64,000 nucleotides of DNA, taken from a virus. How positions within the stretch are numbered: position 1 is the stretch's first letter; each line of letters begins with the position of its first letter. Under the pieces are notes generated by a model. It was not told the origin of the DNA, ran no database searches, and saw nothing but the letters and a program-made list of their open reading frames with translations. Position numbers and translations under genes: made by a program. Shown here in pieces: positions 20,609 through 30,814 of the stretch. Location of the stretch: positions 32,001 to 96,000 of the IMG/VR virus record IMGVR_UViG_3300036770_003984. The stretch is one strand, 5' to 3'.

Positions 20609-22639
20609 ATGATAGAATCAAAAGATGGAGATTACTCAACAAAAGGTAAAGGTGATACCCCAGTGTTAAATAATTTTGCAAAAGATTTAATCAAACTTGC
20701 CGAAGAAGGAAAATTAGACCCTGTTGTAGGTAGAGATAGAGAAATAACAAGAATCGCCCAAATATTATCAAGAAGAAAAAAGAATAACCCAATCATAATA
20801 GGTGAACCTGGTTGTGGTAAAACTGCCATAGTAGAAGGTTTGGCCTTAAAAATATTGAATGGTGAATGTCCAAGAAATCTAATGGATAAAAGAATTATGT
20901 CCTTGGATATGACATCAATTGTTGCGGGAACAAAATATCGTGGACAATTTGAGGAAAGAATGAAAGTTATTATTGAAGAACTTCAATCAGCCCCAAATAT
21001 AATTCTTTTCATTGATGAAATACACCAAATCGTTGGTGCTGGAAATTCATCAGGTTCATTGGATGCGTCAAACATTTTTAAACCAGCTTTGGCAAGGGGT
21101 GAAATACAATGTATTGGTGCAACAACATTAGATGAATATAGAAAGAATTTTGAAAAAGATGGGGCATTAGAAAGACGTTTCCAAAAAGTAATTGTTGACC
21201 CTTCTTCAAAAGAAGAAACCTTACAGATTTTAATCAATGTTAAAGACAAATATGAAAATTATCATAAAGTAAGTTATAGTGATGATATTCTAAAACTTTG
21301 TGTTGATTTGGCTGAAAGATATATTACAGATAGAGAATTCCCAGATAAAGCATTTGATATTATTGATGAGGTTGGAGCTAGAAGTCAAGTTGACACTAAG
21401 ATGCCACAAATCATTGAAGACTTGAAACAAAAAGCTCAAGATATCAAACAACAAAAGATTGAAGTTGTTAAAAGTCAGAACTATGAATTAGCCGCAGATT
21501 TACGTGATAAAGAAACAAAAATATTGGATAAATTAGAATCTGAAAAGAAAAAATTTGAATCTGACTTATTAACCAAAAAGAAAGAAATTTCAGTTGAATT
21601 GGTATATGAAGTGGTATCTAATATGACCAAAATACCAGTATCAAAAATGAACTCAGATGAAACAAATAAACTTTCATCATTAGCTGATAATCTTTCATCT
21701 AAAGTCATTGGTCAATCTGAAGCGGTATCCAAAATTGCTAAATCAATCCGTAGAAACAGACTTGGTATTAAAGACCCAAGTAAACCTATAGGTTCATTTA
21801 TTTTCTTAGGTTCAACTGGTGTTGGTAAAACATATTTAGCAAAACAATTGGCAAAAGAAATATTTGGTAGTGAAGATAATCTTATCCGAGTTGATATGTC
21901 AGAATTCCAAGAAAAACATTCAATATCAAGATTGATTGGTTCTCCTCCAGGTTATGTTGGTTATGATGAGGGTGGGCAATTAACTGAACAAGTTAAAAAT
22001 AAACCATATTCGGTTATTCTATTTGACGAAATTGAAAAGGCTAATAAAGATGTATTCTCGACATTACTTCAGGTATTAGATGATGGACATCTTACTGATG
22101 GATTGGGAAGAAAAATTAACTTCAAAAATTGTATCATAATTATGACCTCCAATCTTGGGGTTAAAAAATTCCAAGAATTTGGAACTGGTGTTGGATTCAA
22201 AACAAGTACAAATTCTTATATTGAGGAAGAAGAAAAAAGAGATATTCTCAAGAAAGAACTTAAAAAGTTTTTTGCTCCTGAGTTCTTAAATCGTATTGAT
22301 GAAATTATTGTATTTAATACATTGAAAGAAGAAGAAGTTAAACAAATTGTAAAACTTGAAATTGAAAAATTAATGAATAGATTAAATGGATTAAATTACA
22401 ATATAACTTGTGATGAATCTGTTTACGATTTAATTTCAAAAGTTGGGTTTGATGAAACATATGGTGCAAGACCAATAAAACGAGCCATACAAGACAAAAT
22501 TGAAGATTTCATATCAGAGGAAGTACTTAACGGAAATGTTGTTGAGAATCAAAATTATGAACTCACAACCAATGAAGAAAACATAGTGTTTAAAGAAAAA
22601 GAAGTTAAAAAATCAAAAAAGAAAAAAGGGACTGAATAG
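20609..22639 (+). CDS. clpC: ClpC-type Hsp100 AAA+ ATPase lacking the N-terminal domain
   Basis: GEPGCGKT, LFIDEIH, UVR-type M domain, GSTGVGKT, LFDEIEKA, GVGF ClpP-docking loop, YGARP. Confidence 0.9.
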   Translation: MIESKDGDYSTKGKGDTPVLNNFAKDLIKLAEEGKLDPVVGRDREITRIAQILSRRKKNNPIIIGEPGCGKTAIVEGLALKILNGECPRNLMDKRIMSLDMTSIVAGTKYRGQFEERMKVIIEELQSAPNIILFIDEIHQIVGAGNSSGSLDASNIFKPALARGEIQCIGATTLDEYRKNFEKDGALERRFQKVIVDPSSKEETLQILINVKDKYENYHKVSYSDDILKLCVDLAERYITDREFPDKAFDIIDEVGARSQVDTKMPQIIEDLKQKAQDIKQQKIEVVKSQNYELAADLRDKETKILDKLESEKKKFESDLLTKKKEISVELVYEVVSNMTKIPVSKMNSDETNKLSSLADNLSSKVIGQSEAVSKIAKSIRRNRLGIKDPSKPIGSFIFLGSTGVGKTYLAKQLAKEIFGSEDNLIRVDMSEFQEKHSISRLIGSPPGYVGYDEGGQLTEQVKNKPYSVILFDEIEKANKDVFSTLLQVLDDGHLTDGLGRKINFKNCIIIMTSNLGVKKFQEFGTGVGFKTSTNSYIEEEEKRDILKKELKKFFAPEFLNRIDEIIVFNTLKEEEVKQIVKLEIEKLMNRLNGLNYNITCDESVYDLISKVGFDETYGARPIKRAIQDKIEDFISEEVLNGNVVENQNYELTTNEENIVFKEKEVKKSKKKKGTE

Positions 22640-22648
22640 TCCCTTTTT

Positions 22649-23464
22649 TTATAGTAAAAATTTACTTGGTTTAACCTCTTCAAAATATTTCACATTCCCC
22701 AAATCATTAATCATTTTCTTTGCAATTTCCAATGTATTAAAAACATCCTCAACAATTACATATTCGTGTTTTGTGTGGTAGTTATAATACCCTACAGCAA
22801 AATTTATACAAGAGAAATCAAATTGGTTTTTAAGTGCATAAACATCAGTATAAGGGTGTGATTGATATTTGTTTCGGTTATCAAATCCCTCAGTTAACAC
22901 CTTATCACATTTGCTGAAGAATTCTGACTTCTTATCAAATAATTTTGTCCCCATACAATATTCACTAACCATCCAATTACCTGGGGCATCAAATTGAATA
23001 ACATATCCAACATTTGAGAAAAACTCTTTATCAGCATTCTTTGAACCATGACAACCAGTTTCTTCAGAGACAAAAAATGCCGCTTTAACATTTGGTAAAT
23101 TTTTTAATAATTCCAAACATACATAAACACCACATTTGTCATCCCCACCTATCCCTGTTGGTTGATTGTTATCGTTATATGCCTTTAATGCCAATTTTAA
23201 TTCCTTTTGGTCATTGGGTAACATCATTTCTTTAATGTTGATTGTATCCAATTCGTGGACTGTGTCGGTATGTGCAACAACACAAGGGAAATATTCAATA
23301 TCATCCGTTTGTTTGGTTGCATAAACATTACCCATCTTATCAACTTGATAAGGGATATTGTTTTCAGTTAACCATTCACATAGGAATTGAATCATTAAGT
23401 CCTCTTTGTATGTCTTGGTAGGTATGGACAAAACCTTTTTGAGTAAATCGTAATTGTGTTTCAT
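22649..23464 (-). CDS. Zn-dependent peptidase, M20/M28 clan
   Basis: AHTDTV, GGDDKCG, SEETGC, QFD, YHT metal-ligand motifs. Confidence 0.8.
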   Translation of the reverse strand: MKHNYDLLKKVLSIPTKTYKEDLMIQFLCEWLTENNIPYQVDKMGNVYATKQTDDIEYFPCVVAHTDTVHELDTINIKEMMLPNDQKELKLALKAYNDNNQPTGIGGDDKCGVYVCLELLKNLPNVKAAFFVSEETGCHGSKNADKEFFSNVGYVIQFDAPGNWMVSEYCMGTKLFDKKSEFFSKCDKVLTEGFDNRNKYQSHPYTDVYALKNQFDFSCINFAVGYYNYHTKHEYVIVEDVFNTLEIAKKMINDLGNVKYFEEVKPSKFLL

Positions 23465-23473
23465 GACACAATA

Positions 23474-24844
23474 TTACAACATTCTTTTTAATTTTCTAAC
23501 TAAATGTTCAAATAATTCACCCATTGATAAAAAATTATTAAATTCTTCAAAACTGAAACTCTTATATATTGTTTCACCACTCTTTTTAATGTGTGTTACA
23601 AGAAGTTTTCCATCTTTAATTCCTGTGATAATAAATGAACCTCTTTCATCATCAATTTTGACAGGAGTATTCAATTGATACTTTTTAAGTAATCCCATTA
23701 ATTTTAAATTCTCACTAATATTCTTGGAATATTTTTCAGGATTTTCTTCAATCTTATCAATTATTTTTTCAAATTCGTATTCAACTTCTCTGTTAAAAGA
23801 TTCTGTGTCAAATTGACCACGATATGGATACTCGTAAATCTCAGATTTTAAACCACCACCAACGAACTCAGATAATTTTGTCATCAACTCTTCAATAGTG
23901 TTTGTTTTAGTCGCTATTAATAAATCTTTTAATTGTGAAACCCAAGTGCGATATTCATAAAAACATCTATCTATATTACTTCTTTTAACTACATGTATTT
24001 GATATCTTTCAAATGGATTACAAAAATCACTATATAATTCTTCTTTTAGTGCATTAATCCCAGCTTGTTCATTATGATTATCATAATCGTCTAGTATTCT
24101 ACTTATTTCATTATCAAATTGATTATATAATAATTCACATAATTTACCCTTTATATTATAATCATCCCTCCAATTAAAAAATTCAGGTTTAATATATGAA
24201 ACAATTTTATCCAAAAGTTTATTACTACCATCATTAAAATAATTTAATAAATTACCTTCTAGCCAATCGTAATTTGTATCTCCTTCCCATAAATTAGAAC
24301 TATATCCGTATGTACTTAAAACGGCCTCAATATAATAAAGATCGTTACTATCAAAATCCATTAAACTCAAAACACCTGCGTTACCCCCAAATTCTAAATA
24401 AATTTTACTATTACCTGGTACTTTTTTATTATATTGTATATAATCAATATTAGAATCTATCCTCTGTAATTTATATTTATCAAATTCTTTTCCATTCTCA
24501 ATCAAGACTAATGTTGTTATTAAATCAATATTACCGACTATGTCTGTAATTGTTTTATCTAAATCTGGAAAATAATAGAAAGCATCCGTTAAATGAATAT
24601 CATCACCATAATTATCATAGACTTCAAAATATTCTCCATATGCTAGAGTTATAATTCCATATCTAGTATCTTTTTCTTCTTTATTAATGAAAAAGTATAC
24701 AGTTCTATTATTATAGACATTTTTACCATGTCTTGTTGTAGTCAAGAATTCTGGACCTACTTTTAAACCCTCTTCCATATTTGGAGATTTAATGGCCAAG
24801 TATTTGTCATTTTCAAACAATATATCGTTATTAGAATAATCCAT
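23474..24844 (-). CDS. Hypothetical protein
   Basis: 456 aa from MDYSN. Confidence 0.75.
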   Translation of the reverse strand: MDYSNNDILFENDKYLAIKSPNMEEGLKVGPEFLTTTRHGKNVYNNRTVYFFINKEEKDTRYGIITLAYGEYFEVYDNYGDDIHLTDAFYYFPDLDKTITDIVGNIDLITTLVLIENGKEFDKYKLQRIDSNIDYIQYNKKVPGNSKIYLEFGGNAGVLSLMDFDSNDLYYIEAVLSTYGYSSNLWEGDTNYDWLEGNLLNYFNDGSNKLLDKIVSYIKPEFFNWRDDYNIKGKLCELLYNQFDNEISRILDDYDNHNEQAGINALKEELYSDFCNPFERYQIHVVKRSNIDRCFYEYRTWVSQLKDLLIATKTNTIEELMTKLSEFVGGGLKSEIYEYPYRGQFDTESFNREVEYEFEKIIDKIEENPEKYSKNISENLKLMGLLKKYQLNTPVKIDDERGSFIITGIKDGKLLVTHIKKSGETIYKSFSFEEFNNFLSMGELFEHLVRKLKRML

Positions 24845-24923
24845 ACATTTTTTTATTAAAATAAATATAATCAAAACTTGGAATTATCAATCATTATATT
24901 TATTATTGTATTACTTTACAAAA

Positions 24924-25304
24924 GGGGAGTAACTGGTATCGATTGACATTGTTGGTTATTAGGGGCATGTCAGACCTAAACTAAGTCTGTTAAACTGGTT
25001 TGAAACGATAGACGGCAACGTTATCAACAAACTTTCTGCAGTAGGTTTAATCCGTGCTGAAGAAGCAGTAGTAGCCTAGTCAATAGGGTATTACTTTCGA
25101 GTCGGGGTGCATTAACTCAGGAACAGGAGCACTATAGGGTTGTCTAATCAATTCTCATCCCTAAAAATGAATTGACCGATTTTGTTGATTTTGGGTGTAT
25201 AAAAATCAAATAGCTCGGAACATTGCGAATAATGTTGTCCTAAGCATGTAGTCCTTAGTAATTGAGATGGGCAAGAATTGGGTTCGATTCCCAAACTCTC
25301 CACC
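24924..25304 (+). ncRNA. ssrA: tmRNA
   Basis: GGGGAGU/ACUCUCC acceptor with G3:U70, T-arm TTGGG-TTCGATT-CCCAA, resume context ATAGAC-GGC, tag frame 25014..25079; 381 nt. Confidence 0.9.
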
Positions 25305-25312
25305 TTTAAAAA

Positions 25313-25344
25313 AGAAAACCCCTCCGTTAAGAAGGGGTTTTTTG
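25313..25344. terminator. Intrinsic terminator after tmRNA
   Basis: AAAACCCCT...AGGGGTTTTT. Confidence 0.7.
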
Positions 25345-25346
25345 TT

Positions 25347-25661
25347 TTACTGAATTTCTTTTTGATTTAATGCTTTATCAATTCTTTTGTCGGTATAACG
25401 TATTGATTCATCAAACTTGGTAGTAATATCTCTCCACAAGTTGTCCATAGCCTTATTTGAATCATCTCTTTGGTCACCAATAGTTCTATACACATTATCA
25501 AATTGACGTTGAACATTATCAACATCAAATCTTTGATTTTCTTTTATGGCAACAATCTGCCTTTCAATTCTTAATACCTTAACCAAACCCCAAACAATAA
25601 CTCCAACAAATACTAGAGCCAACATCGAGAGCATACCTAAAGCGAAATAAGTAATTCCCAT
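25347..25661 (-). CDS. Membrane-anchored coiled-coil protein
   Basis: N-terminal TM helix followed by heptads. Confidence 0.65.
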   Translation of the reverse strand: MGITYFALGMLSMLALVFVGVIVWGLVKVLRIERQIVAIKENQRFDVDNVQRQFDNVYRTIGDQRDDSNKAMDNLWRDITTKFDESIRYTDKRIDKALNQKEIQ

Positions 25662-25714
25662 AATAATAAATTATTTAAATTTTATGTCATATAGACATAC
25701 TAATTTTAAATTAC

Positions 25715-26206
25715 TTATTTTAAAAGTAAAAGGATGATTGAAGTAAACCCCACTGAAACACCTCCAATGGTTAATCCTGTTAACCATTTATTCCTATTTT
25801 TTACTTTACGGAATTCAGTATTCAAATCTGTAATAATCTTTTTTTGGGACTCTTCAATTGTCTTATATCCTTGAACAATTTGGTCTTTGGTTTCAGCCTC
25901 TCTTTTTAACATATTTGTAATATCCATTGATTTATCAAAGGCTACCTTATATTGGTCTTTTACTTTAACACAATCATCTAATACAATTTTATACTCAGAT
26001 AGTCTAGTAGTTACAATTTTCAATGAATCATATTGTATAGCAATTTTCTCAGCAAATTTTCTATTGATAATAAAAGAGGTATCACCATTGACAACTATTA
26101 AGTCAATTTTGGGTTTAATTGTGTCTGTGTTATTGGTTAAACCTTGTGCGTAAACCATCCAAGAGCTGGTCATTAGAACTATTAATAATAGCGTCAATCT
26201 TAACAT
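25715..26206 (-). CDS. Signal-peptide coiled-coil protein with C-terminal TM (spanin-like?)
   Basis: SPase I-type leader, coiled coil, hydrophobic C-terminus; overlaps the upstream gene. Confidence 0.55.
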   Translation of the reverse strand: MLRLTLLLIVLMTSSWMVYAQGLTNNTDTIKPKIDLIVVNGDTSFIINRKFAEKIAIQYDSLKIVTTRLSEYKIVLDDCVKVKDQYKVAFDKSMDITNMLKREAETKDQIVQGYKTIEESQKKIITDLNTEFRKVKNRNKWLTGLTIGGVSVGFTSIILLLLK

Positions 26207-26483
26207 TGTTTTGAATTTTTAATTGGTTTATTTTTGATGTTAGATTACTTTCACTTATTTGAATGCTTGTAGTTAAGATATCCAACTGTGATTCCATTTT
26301 TTCTCTCTCAGATTTCATTACATCCAATTTTTTATATAGAGAATCTATGGCTTTCTTTTCAGCATCAATAATTTGTTGTTGTAATTTCTTGTTATCTTGA
26401 TGATTTGTATTCATCATATAACCCAAAATAATCCCAATCAATAATATTGATACCACGATAATTAGGGTGTGTTTCCAATTCAT
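26130..26483 (-). CDS. N-terminal TM coiled-coil protein (i-spanin-like?)
   Basis: TM residues 6-22, then coiled coil. Confidence 0.55.
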   Translation of the reverse strand: MNWKHTLIIVVSILLIGIILGYMMNTNHQDNKKLQQQIIDAEKKAIDSLYKKLDVMKSEREKMESQLDILTTSIQISESNLTSKINQLKIQNNVKIDAIINSSNDQLLDGLRTRFNQ

Positions 26484-26617
26484 ATTTTATGTTTTATTTA
26501 TAATTATATTTTTTTTTAAAAAAATGTTAAAACCATTTGACTTCTCTGAAAATATTGCCTATTTATTGTTTATAAAAAATAACAAATCAATTTTAAAACA
26601 TTTAAAAACAACAAAAA

Positions 26618-26803
26618 ATGAAAAAAGTAATTTTTGGAGCAGCATTGGTACTTGGTACTATTTTCACATCTTGTGATTCACAATCTAAACCTGATGAAGT
26701 TAAACCAACTGAAGATTCTACTAAGGTTGAAACAACTACAGTAACAACACCATCTGTTGATTCCGCAAAAGTAGAAGAAACAAAACCTGAAGGTAAAAAA
26801 TAG
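26618..26803 (+). CDS. Small lipoprotein
   Basis: Lipobox FTSC after a hydrophobic leader; low-complexity T/E/K body. Confidence 0.75.
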   Translation: MKKVIFGAALVLGTIFTSCDSQSKPDEVKPTEDSTKVETTTVTTPSVDSAKVEETKPEGKK

Positions 26804-26854
26804 TATTTAGGTTAAAAATTAAAATCCCCACTCTTAATTGAAATGGGGATTTTT

Positions 26855-27487
26855 TTATTTCATTAATTTTTTAATTCTATTAACTTCTTCTTTTAATGCT
26901 CCTTGGATTACATCTGGTATTAGTGTAAATGGTGTCGCAAAAAGAAATTTACTTTGTGATGTTATTTTTCCACTTGTTGGTGTTGTTGAATCACTTTTAA
27001 GACTTGATGGTTCTTTTTTATTTTCTTTCTTGTTTTCTTTTTTATTTTCTTTTTTATTTTCTTTCTTGTCTTCTTTTTTATCTTCTTTTTTATCTTCTTT
27101 TTTATTGGTAGTTGTTGAGGGTTTAAATCCTCTAAAGAACGAATTAATATCTTGTTTTTCTTTTTTTTTATTTGTAATCCAATATTCTAAGTGTTCTGTA
27201 GTTGTCTCACCAATTTTATTATTTTGTTTAACTAATTGACCAACAGAATATTTTTGTTTTTGCAAGTTACAAAAATTAGAATAAAAAATTTCAATATTAC
27301 CATCACGAGAAATTTCATGTTTAATCTTATAACTACCATTGCAATTTAACCCATAAGAATCAACAACCTCACCATCATAAGGACAAAGTACATTTGTTGA
27401 GTTTTGTACAATATATTTTCCTTTTTGCACACTTATATCATCAATTTTTATCCTTTCTCCTTCAATAGGACTAATAAATCTATCCAT
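26855..27487 (-). CDS. M23-peptidase-fold protein, probably catalytically degenerate
   Basis: CPYDGEV, VGQLVKQ..KIG, HLEY; lacks HxxxD and the second His of HxH; KKEN/KKED repeats. Confidence 0.55.
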   Translation of the reverse strand: MDRFISPIEGERIKIDDISVQKGKYIVQNSTNVLCPYDGEVVDSYGLNCNGSYKIKHEISRDGNIEIFYSNFCNLQKQKYSVGQLVKQNNKIGETTTEHLEYWITNKKKEKQDINSFFRGFKPSTTTNKKEDKKEDKKEDKKENKKENKKENKKENKKEPSSLKSDSTTPTSGKITSQSKFLFATPFTLIPDVIQGALKEEVNRIKKLMK

Positions 27488-28022
27488 TACTCATAATTTC
27501 TTTAATTCTATTTATTTCTTCTAATATAAGATTTGAATCAATTTCATTAGATTCTGCAACCGCCAAAGGTTGTAAATCTTTTGTACCAGTTTTTATTGAA
27601 GGATTAGTAAAAAAAGTTGTTTTTTTCCAAAGAGCGTTAGCAATTGCTTGTTTTCTACTTTCAGTATTTTGTGAATTTGAAGATATTGATTCCAAAGTCA
27701 TTTCCAATGTATTAGTACTTATTTTTTTTGCCTTATTTGAAGTTCCGTATAATTTTATCATATTGTCAATCAAATTATCTGCGTGATTCAGATTACCTGC
27801 AGTATTAGTAATATTTATTGATACAATATCCCTAATTTTTTTTAAATCACTTAATTTTATATTTTCATATTTGTGATTAGTTAAATAATAATCAATCCCA
27901 TCTAATAATAGACCATATTGTTCGCTGTCATTACCTCCAAGACTTGTGAAATCAACTTTTGATGTAGCATTTGGTTTATTTAGGTTATCTTTAAATTCTT
28001 TTAAAGTTAAATGATTTGGCAT
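27480..28022 (-). CDS. Hypothetical, candidate head-associated protein
   Basis: C-terminal ILEEINRIKEIM motif. Confidence 0.65.
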   Translation of the reverse strand: MPNHLTLKEFKDNLNKPNATSKVDFTSLGGNDSEQYGLLLDGIDYYLTNHKYENIKLSDLKKIRDIVSINITNTAGNLNHADNLIDNMIKLYGTSNKAKKISTNTLEMTLESISSNSQNTESRKQAIANALWKKTTFFTNPSIKTGTKDLQPLAVAESNEIDSNLILEEINRIKEIMSNG

Positions 28023-28071
28023 TGTTTTATTTTTATTAATAAATACCACAATAAAATAAAAAAAGTACAAC

Positions 28072-28365
28072 TTAGGTTGTACTTTTTTTATTTTCAAATT
28101 TCAAACCCCAATTAGCACCAATCATTGACATTTGTCTTTCGGCATAAACATCAGTATAATTAAGTTTTTTCTTGATTTGTTTAGTACCCCATTCTTTCCA
28201 TTTGTCATATTGTTCTTCAGTAATTGTCCAATCATTGTACCAAGCATCCTTACGGTCTTTGATATCCTCATATGTAACCTTATGACCAGCAAATTCAAAC
28301 ATTTTATTCAATATTTCAATTACTAGTTTGTCTCTTTTTTCTTGATATGAAAGTCTCTTAGCCAT
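28072..28365 (-). CDS. Hypothetical protein
   Basis: 97 aa ORF. Confidence 0.7.
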   Translation of the reverse strand: MAKRLSYQEKRDKLVIEILNKMFEFAGHKVTYEDIKDRKDAWYNDWTITEEQYDKWKEWGTKQIKKKLNYTDVYAERQMSMIGANWGLKFENKKSTT

Positions 28366-28373
28366 AATTTTAT

Positions 28374-29384
28374 TTATTTTTCGTTTAACAAAAATTTGTT
28401 TGATATAACTTTGAATGATATTGTTCTATCATATGCTCTTATAACAACACCTTCCCTATCAAAGTTCCCATTAAGTTGAGATTTATCTTCAGCAAATAAC
28501 AATAATTCATCAATTGATTTTGGAAGTACAAATCCGTAATCTAATATTGGAACAGTTTTTAAACCCAAATCTTCCATTAACATTAGGAATTTAGTAAATG
28601 GGATATTTTTTTGTTCATCAATATTAAATGCGTTGAAGAATTTAACTGTTTGACCTTTTATCTTGTATGGGTTACCCTGGATTCCTTCTCCGATGATTTC
28701 ACCTTGAACACACATATTATAACCCAATTTAGATAAAGATTCCTCCAGATTCAATTCTCTTGCAACTTTCCAAAAGGAGTTACCCTCAGTCTCCAATAGC
28801 TCAAGATTTCTTGAACACACCCCAAATACACCATCCTTGTAATAGAATGTAGCACTTGATCCATCCAACTTCTCAGTGACATAAAATGCCTTACCAGACA
28901 ACCTAATATTTTCGTATTCACTTGATAAGTTTTGAATACGTTCTTCATCTGTTTTTCTTATAAAAGATGGAAACATACCTTTAACTTTACCTTGAAGTTC
29001 CGCTGGAATTGGGGGTTCGTATTTAAATATACCCAACATTTCAGTAACATCTTCTCCTTCAGTTATTTCCATAACAATTGGAAGAACACTTATTGGTAAT
29101 AATAGACCTTGACTTAATTGTCCTCTTAATCTTATTGTTTTCAATCTAAATCCTTCACTACCATCAGACATTTTTTTGTATGATGTTTTTCTTAAGAATT
29201 CAAATTCTTCTTTGATTGGTAAGAAGGAGTCAATCTCACAATAGATACAAAAGTCCCCAACTTTGTATTCTCCTTTTTTGGATACAACATCCCAGTTGTT
29301 TATTCTAACAACTTCTATAACGTCAGCCCCAACTATAGGTCTAACTTCTTTTACTATTTGTATACTCGCTAATTTTCTTTCCAT
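28374..29384 (-). CDS. ATP-dependent RNA ligase, DRB0094/Rnl-type family
   Basis: RKLASIQ N-domain, TEKLDGSS (motif I), QGEIIG, FFN, REGVV, FKVIS. Confidence 0.88.
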   Translation of the reverse strand: MERKLASIQIVKEVRPIVGADVIEVVRINNWDVVSKKGEYKVGDFCIYCEIDSFLPIKEEFEFLRKTSYKKMSDGSEGFRLKTIRLRGQLSQGLLLPISVLPIVMEITEGEDVTEMLGIFKYEPPIPAELQGKVKGMFPSFIRKTDEERIQNLSSEYENIRLSGKAFYVTEKLDGSSATFYYKDGVFGVCSRNLELLETEGNSFWKVARELNLEESLSKLGYNMCVQGEIIGEGIQGNPYKIKGQTVKFFNAFNIDEQKNIPFTKFLMLMEDLGLKTVPILDYGFVLPKSIDELLLFAEDKSQLNGNFDREGVVIRAYDRTISFKVISNKFLLNEK

Positions 29385-29385
29385 A

Positions 29386-29832
29386 TTAACTAAATTCATT
29401 ATTTGGTGAAACTCTTAATCCATCTATATATTCTTCTTTTACTTCAAAATCGTAGTGGTACTGACGTGGATGTTCTCTACGATATTTTTCATGATCATAA
29501 CCATCAGGTTGTCCCCATACTAACGCCATTGTAATAAACTCCTCAACATCCATTTCTTTACCATACTCATCTATAACTCTACCTGTTCTTATAAAGTTCA
29601 ATAATTCTTCTTTATTTGAATAAAATTTTTTGTCATTGAAATTCCATAAAAACTTCCAACCACTACTACGTTTACCTAAATGAATGTTTGTTCCATCAGT
29701 AAACAAATCCCAAATTGAATTACTTTCAATTGAAAGTTGTGAAATATCAATAGAATTAATATTATTAATCAATTCTTGTTTTCTTTTCTCCATTTCTTCC
29801 ACACTTGGAATTCTGTAGTAGTTTGTTCCCAT
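29386..29832 (-). CDS. Hypothetical protein
   Basis: MGTNYY...HLGKRSSGWKF; 148 aa. Confidence 0.7.
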   Translation of the reverse strand: MGTNYYRIPSVEEMEKRKQELINNINSIDISQLSIESNSIWDLFTDGTNIHLGKRSSGWKFLWNFNDKKFYSNKEELLNFIRTGRVIDEYGKEMDVEEFITMALVWGQPDGYDHEKYRREHPRQYHYDFEVKEEYIDGLRVSPNNEFS

Positions 29833-29907
29833 TGTTTTATTAGTTTTAATTGTTTCACAAAATTAAGAAATCCCCACCTAATATCAAAATTAAATGGGGA
29901 TTTTTTT

Positions 29908-30213
29908 TTAAGGATTTAATCTAAATGACCAATCTATTTCCCAGTCTCGTTGGACTTTACCAAACCTAGTATCAAAATAAATCCCAACCATTTTACACAG
30001 ATTTTCCATATCGTGAATTTTCTTTACATCACTTTCATTTTCCAAGTTGAATGCGATATTAACCCACTTATCAACTGGTAATCTGTTTGGTTTATCATAT
30101 TTCTCAATCAATATTGGAGTTTTAATTGATTCATTCATCGTGTAATCAATCCCCTCATTTTTCAATCTTTCAAGTTTGTTTAGTACAAACTCATACGCTT
30201 CATTAATGGTCAT
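29908..30213 (-). CDS. Hypothetical protein
   Basis: 101 aa ORF. Confidence 0.6.
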   Translation of the reverse strand: MTINEAYEFVLNKLERLKNEGIDYTMNESIKTPILIEKYDKPNRLPVDKWVNIAFNLENESDVKKIHDMENLCKMVGIYFDTRFGKVQRDWEIDWSFRLNP

Positions 30214-30217
30214 TTTT

Positions 30218-30457
30218 TTAATTTAAATTTTCTAAAAATTTTACGAATTCAGTTATATTTTTTTCCTCAAAAATTATTGTATTGTCTTGTGTTATTGAAA
30301 CTTCTTTTTTGGGAAAAATTTTAATTGTAAATTTAGAATCTCTGGTTATTACAAATTCGTCATCAAATGTCAAATTAACTTGATAAGATTCTTTTTTAAT
30401 TATTGGTTCAATTGTTTGCCAAACCTTAGTTTGAAACTTTGTTAATTTTTCTTTCAT
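30218..30457 (-). CDS. Hypothetical protein
   Basis: 79 aa ORF. Confidence 0.55.
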   Translation of the reverse strand: MKEKLTKFQTKVWQTIEPIIKKESYQVNLTFDDEFVITRDSKFTIKIFPKKEVSITQDNTIIFEEKNITEFVKFLENLN

Positions 30458-30547
30458 GCCTTCCTCCTTTTTCTAATTGTAAATAAAAATAGAAGAAATA
30501 GTATAAACCAAATTCCTGTCATTATTTTATTGAATATATTCATAGTT

Positions 30548-30808
30548 TTATTTTTTTTCAAATTCTTCCTTTAAAACAGATAATTCATCTTGTACATTTT
30601 TTCTTTCAGTTTCTAAAACTGATTTAATTAAATCATCCCCACCTATATATAAAAATCTTGATATTTTAAACTTACAATCAGACATCCCCGTAATTTTCAT
30701 ATCTAAATTATTATATTTCAGTAGAGAATCAATAATATGGAGTCTCATTTCCATATTTTCAATTTTATCCATAAAGGATTTTAACTCAAAAAATTTTTCT
30801 TCTGTCAT
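30548..30808 (-). CDS. Hypothetical protein
   Basis: 86 aa ORF. Confidence 0.6.
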   Translation of the reverse strand: MTEEKFFELKSFMDKIENMEMRLHIIDSLLKYNNLDMKITGMSDCKFKISRFLYIGGDDLIKSVLETERKNVQDELSVLKEEFEKK

Positions 30809-30814
30809 AATTTT

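Noticed and set aside
26855-27487. Active M23 endolysin
   Set aside because: The Zn-ligand motifs HxxxD and HxH are incomplete.
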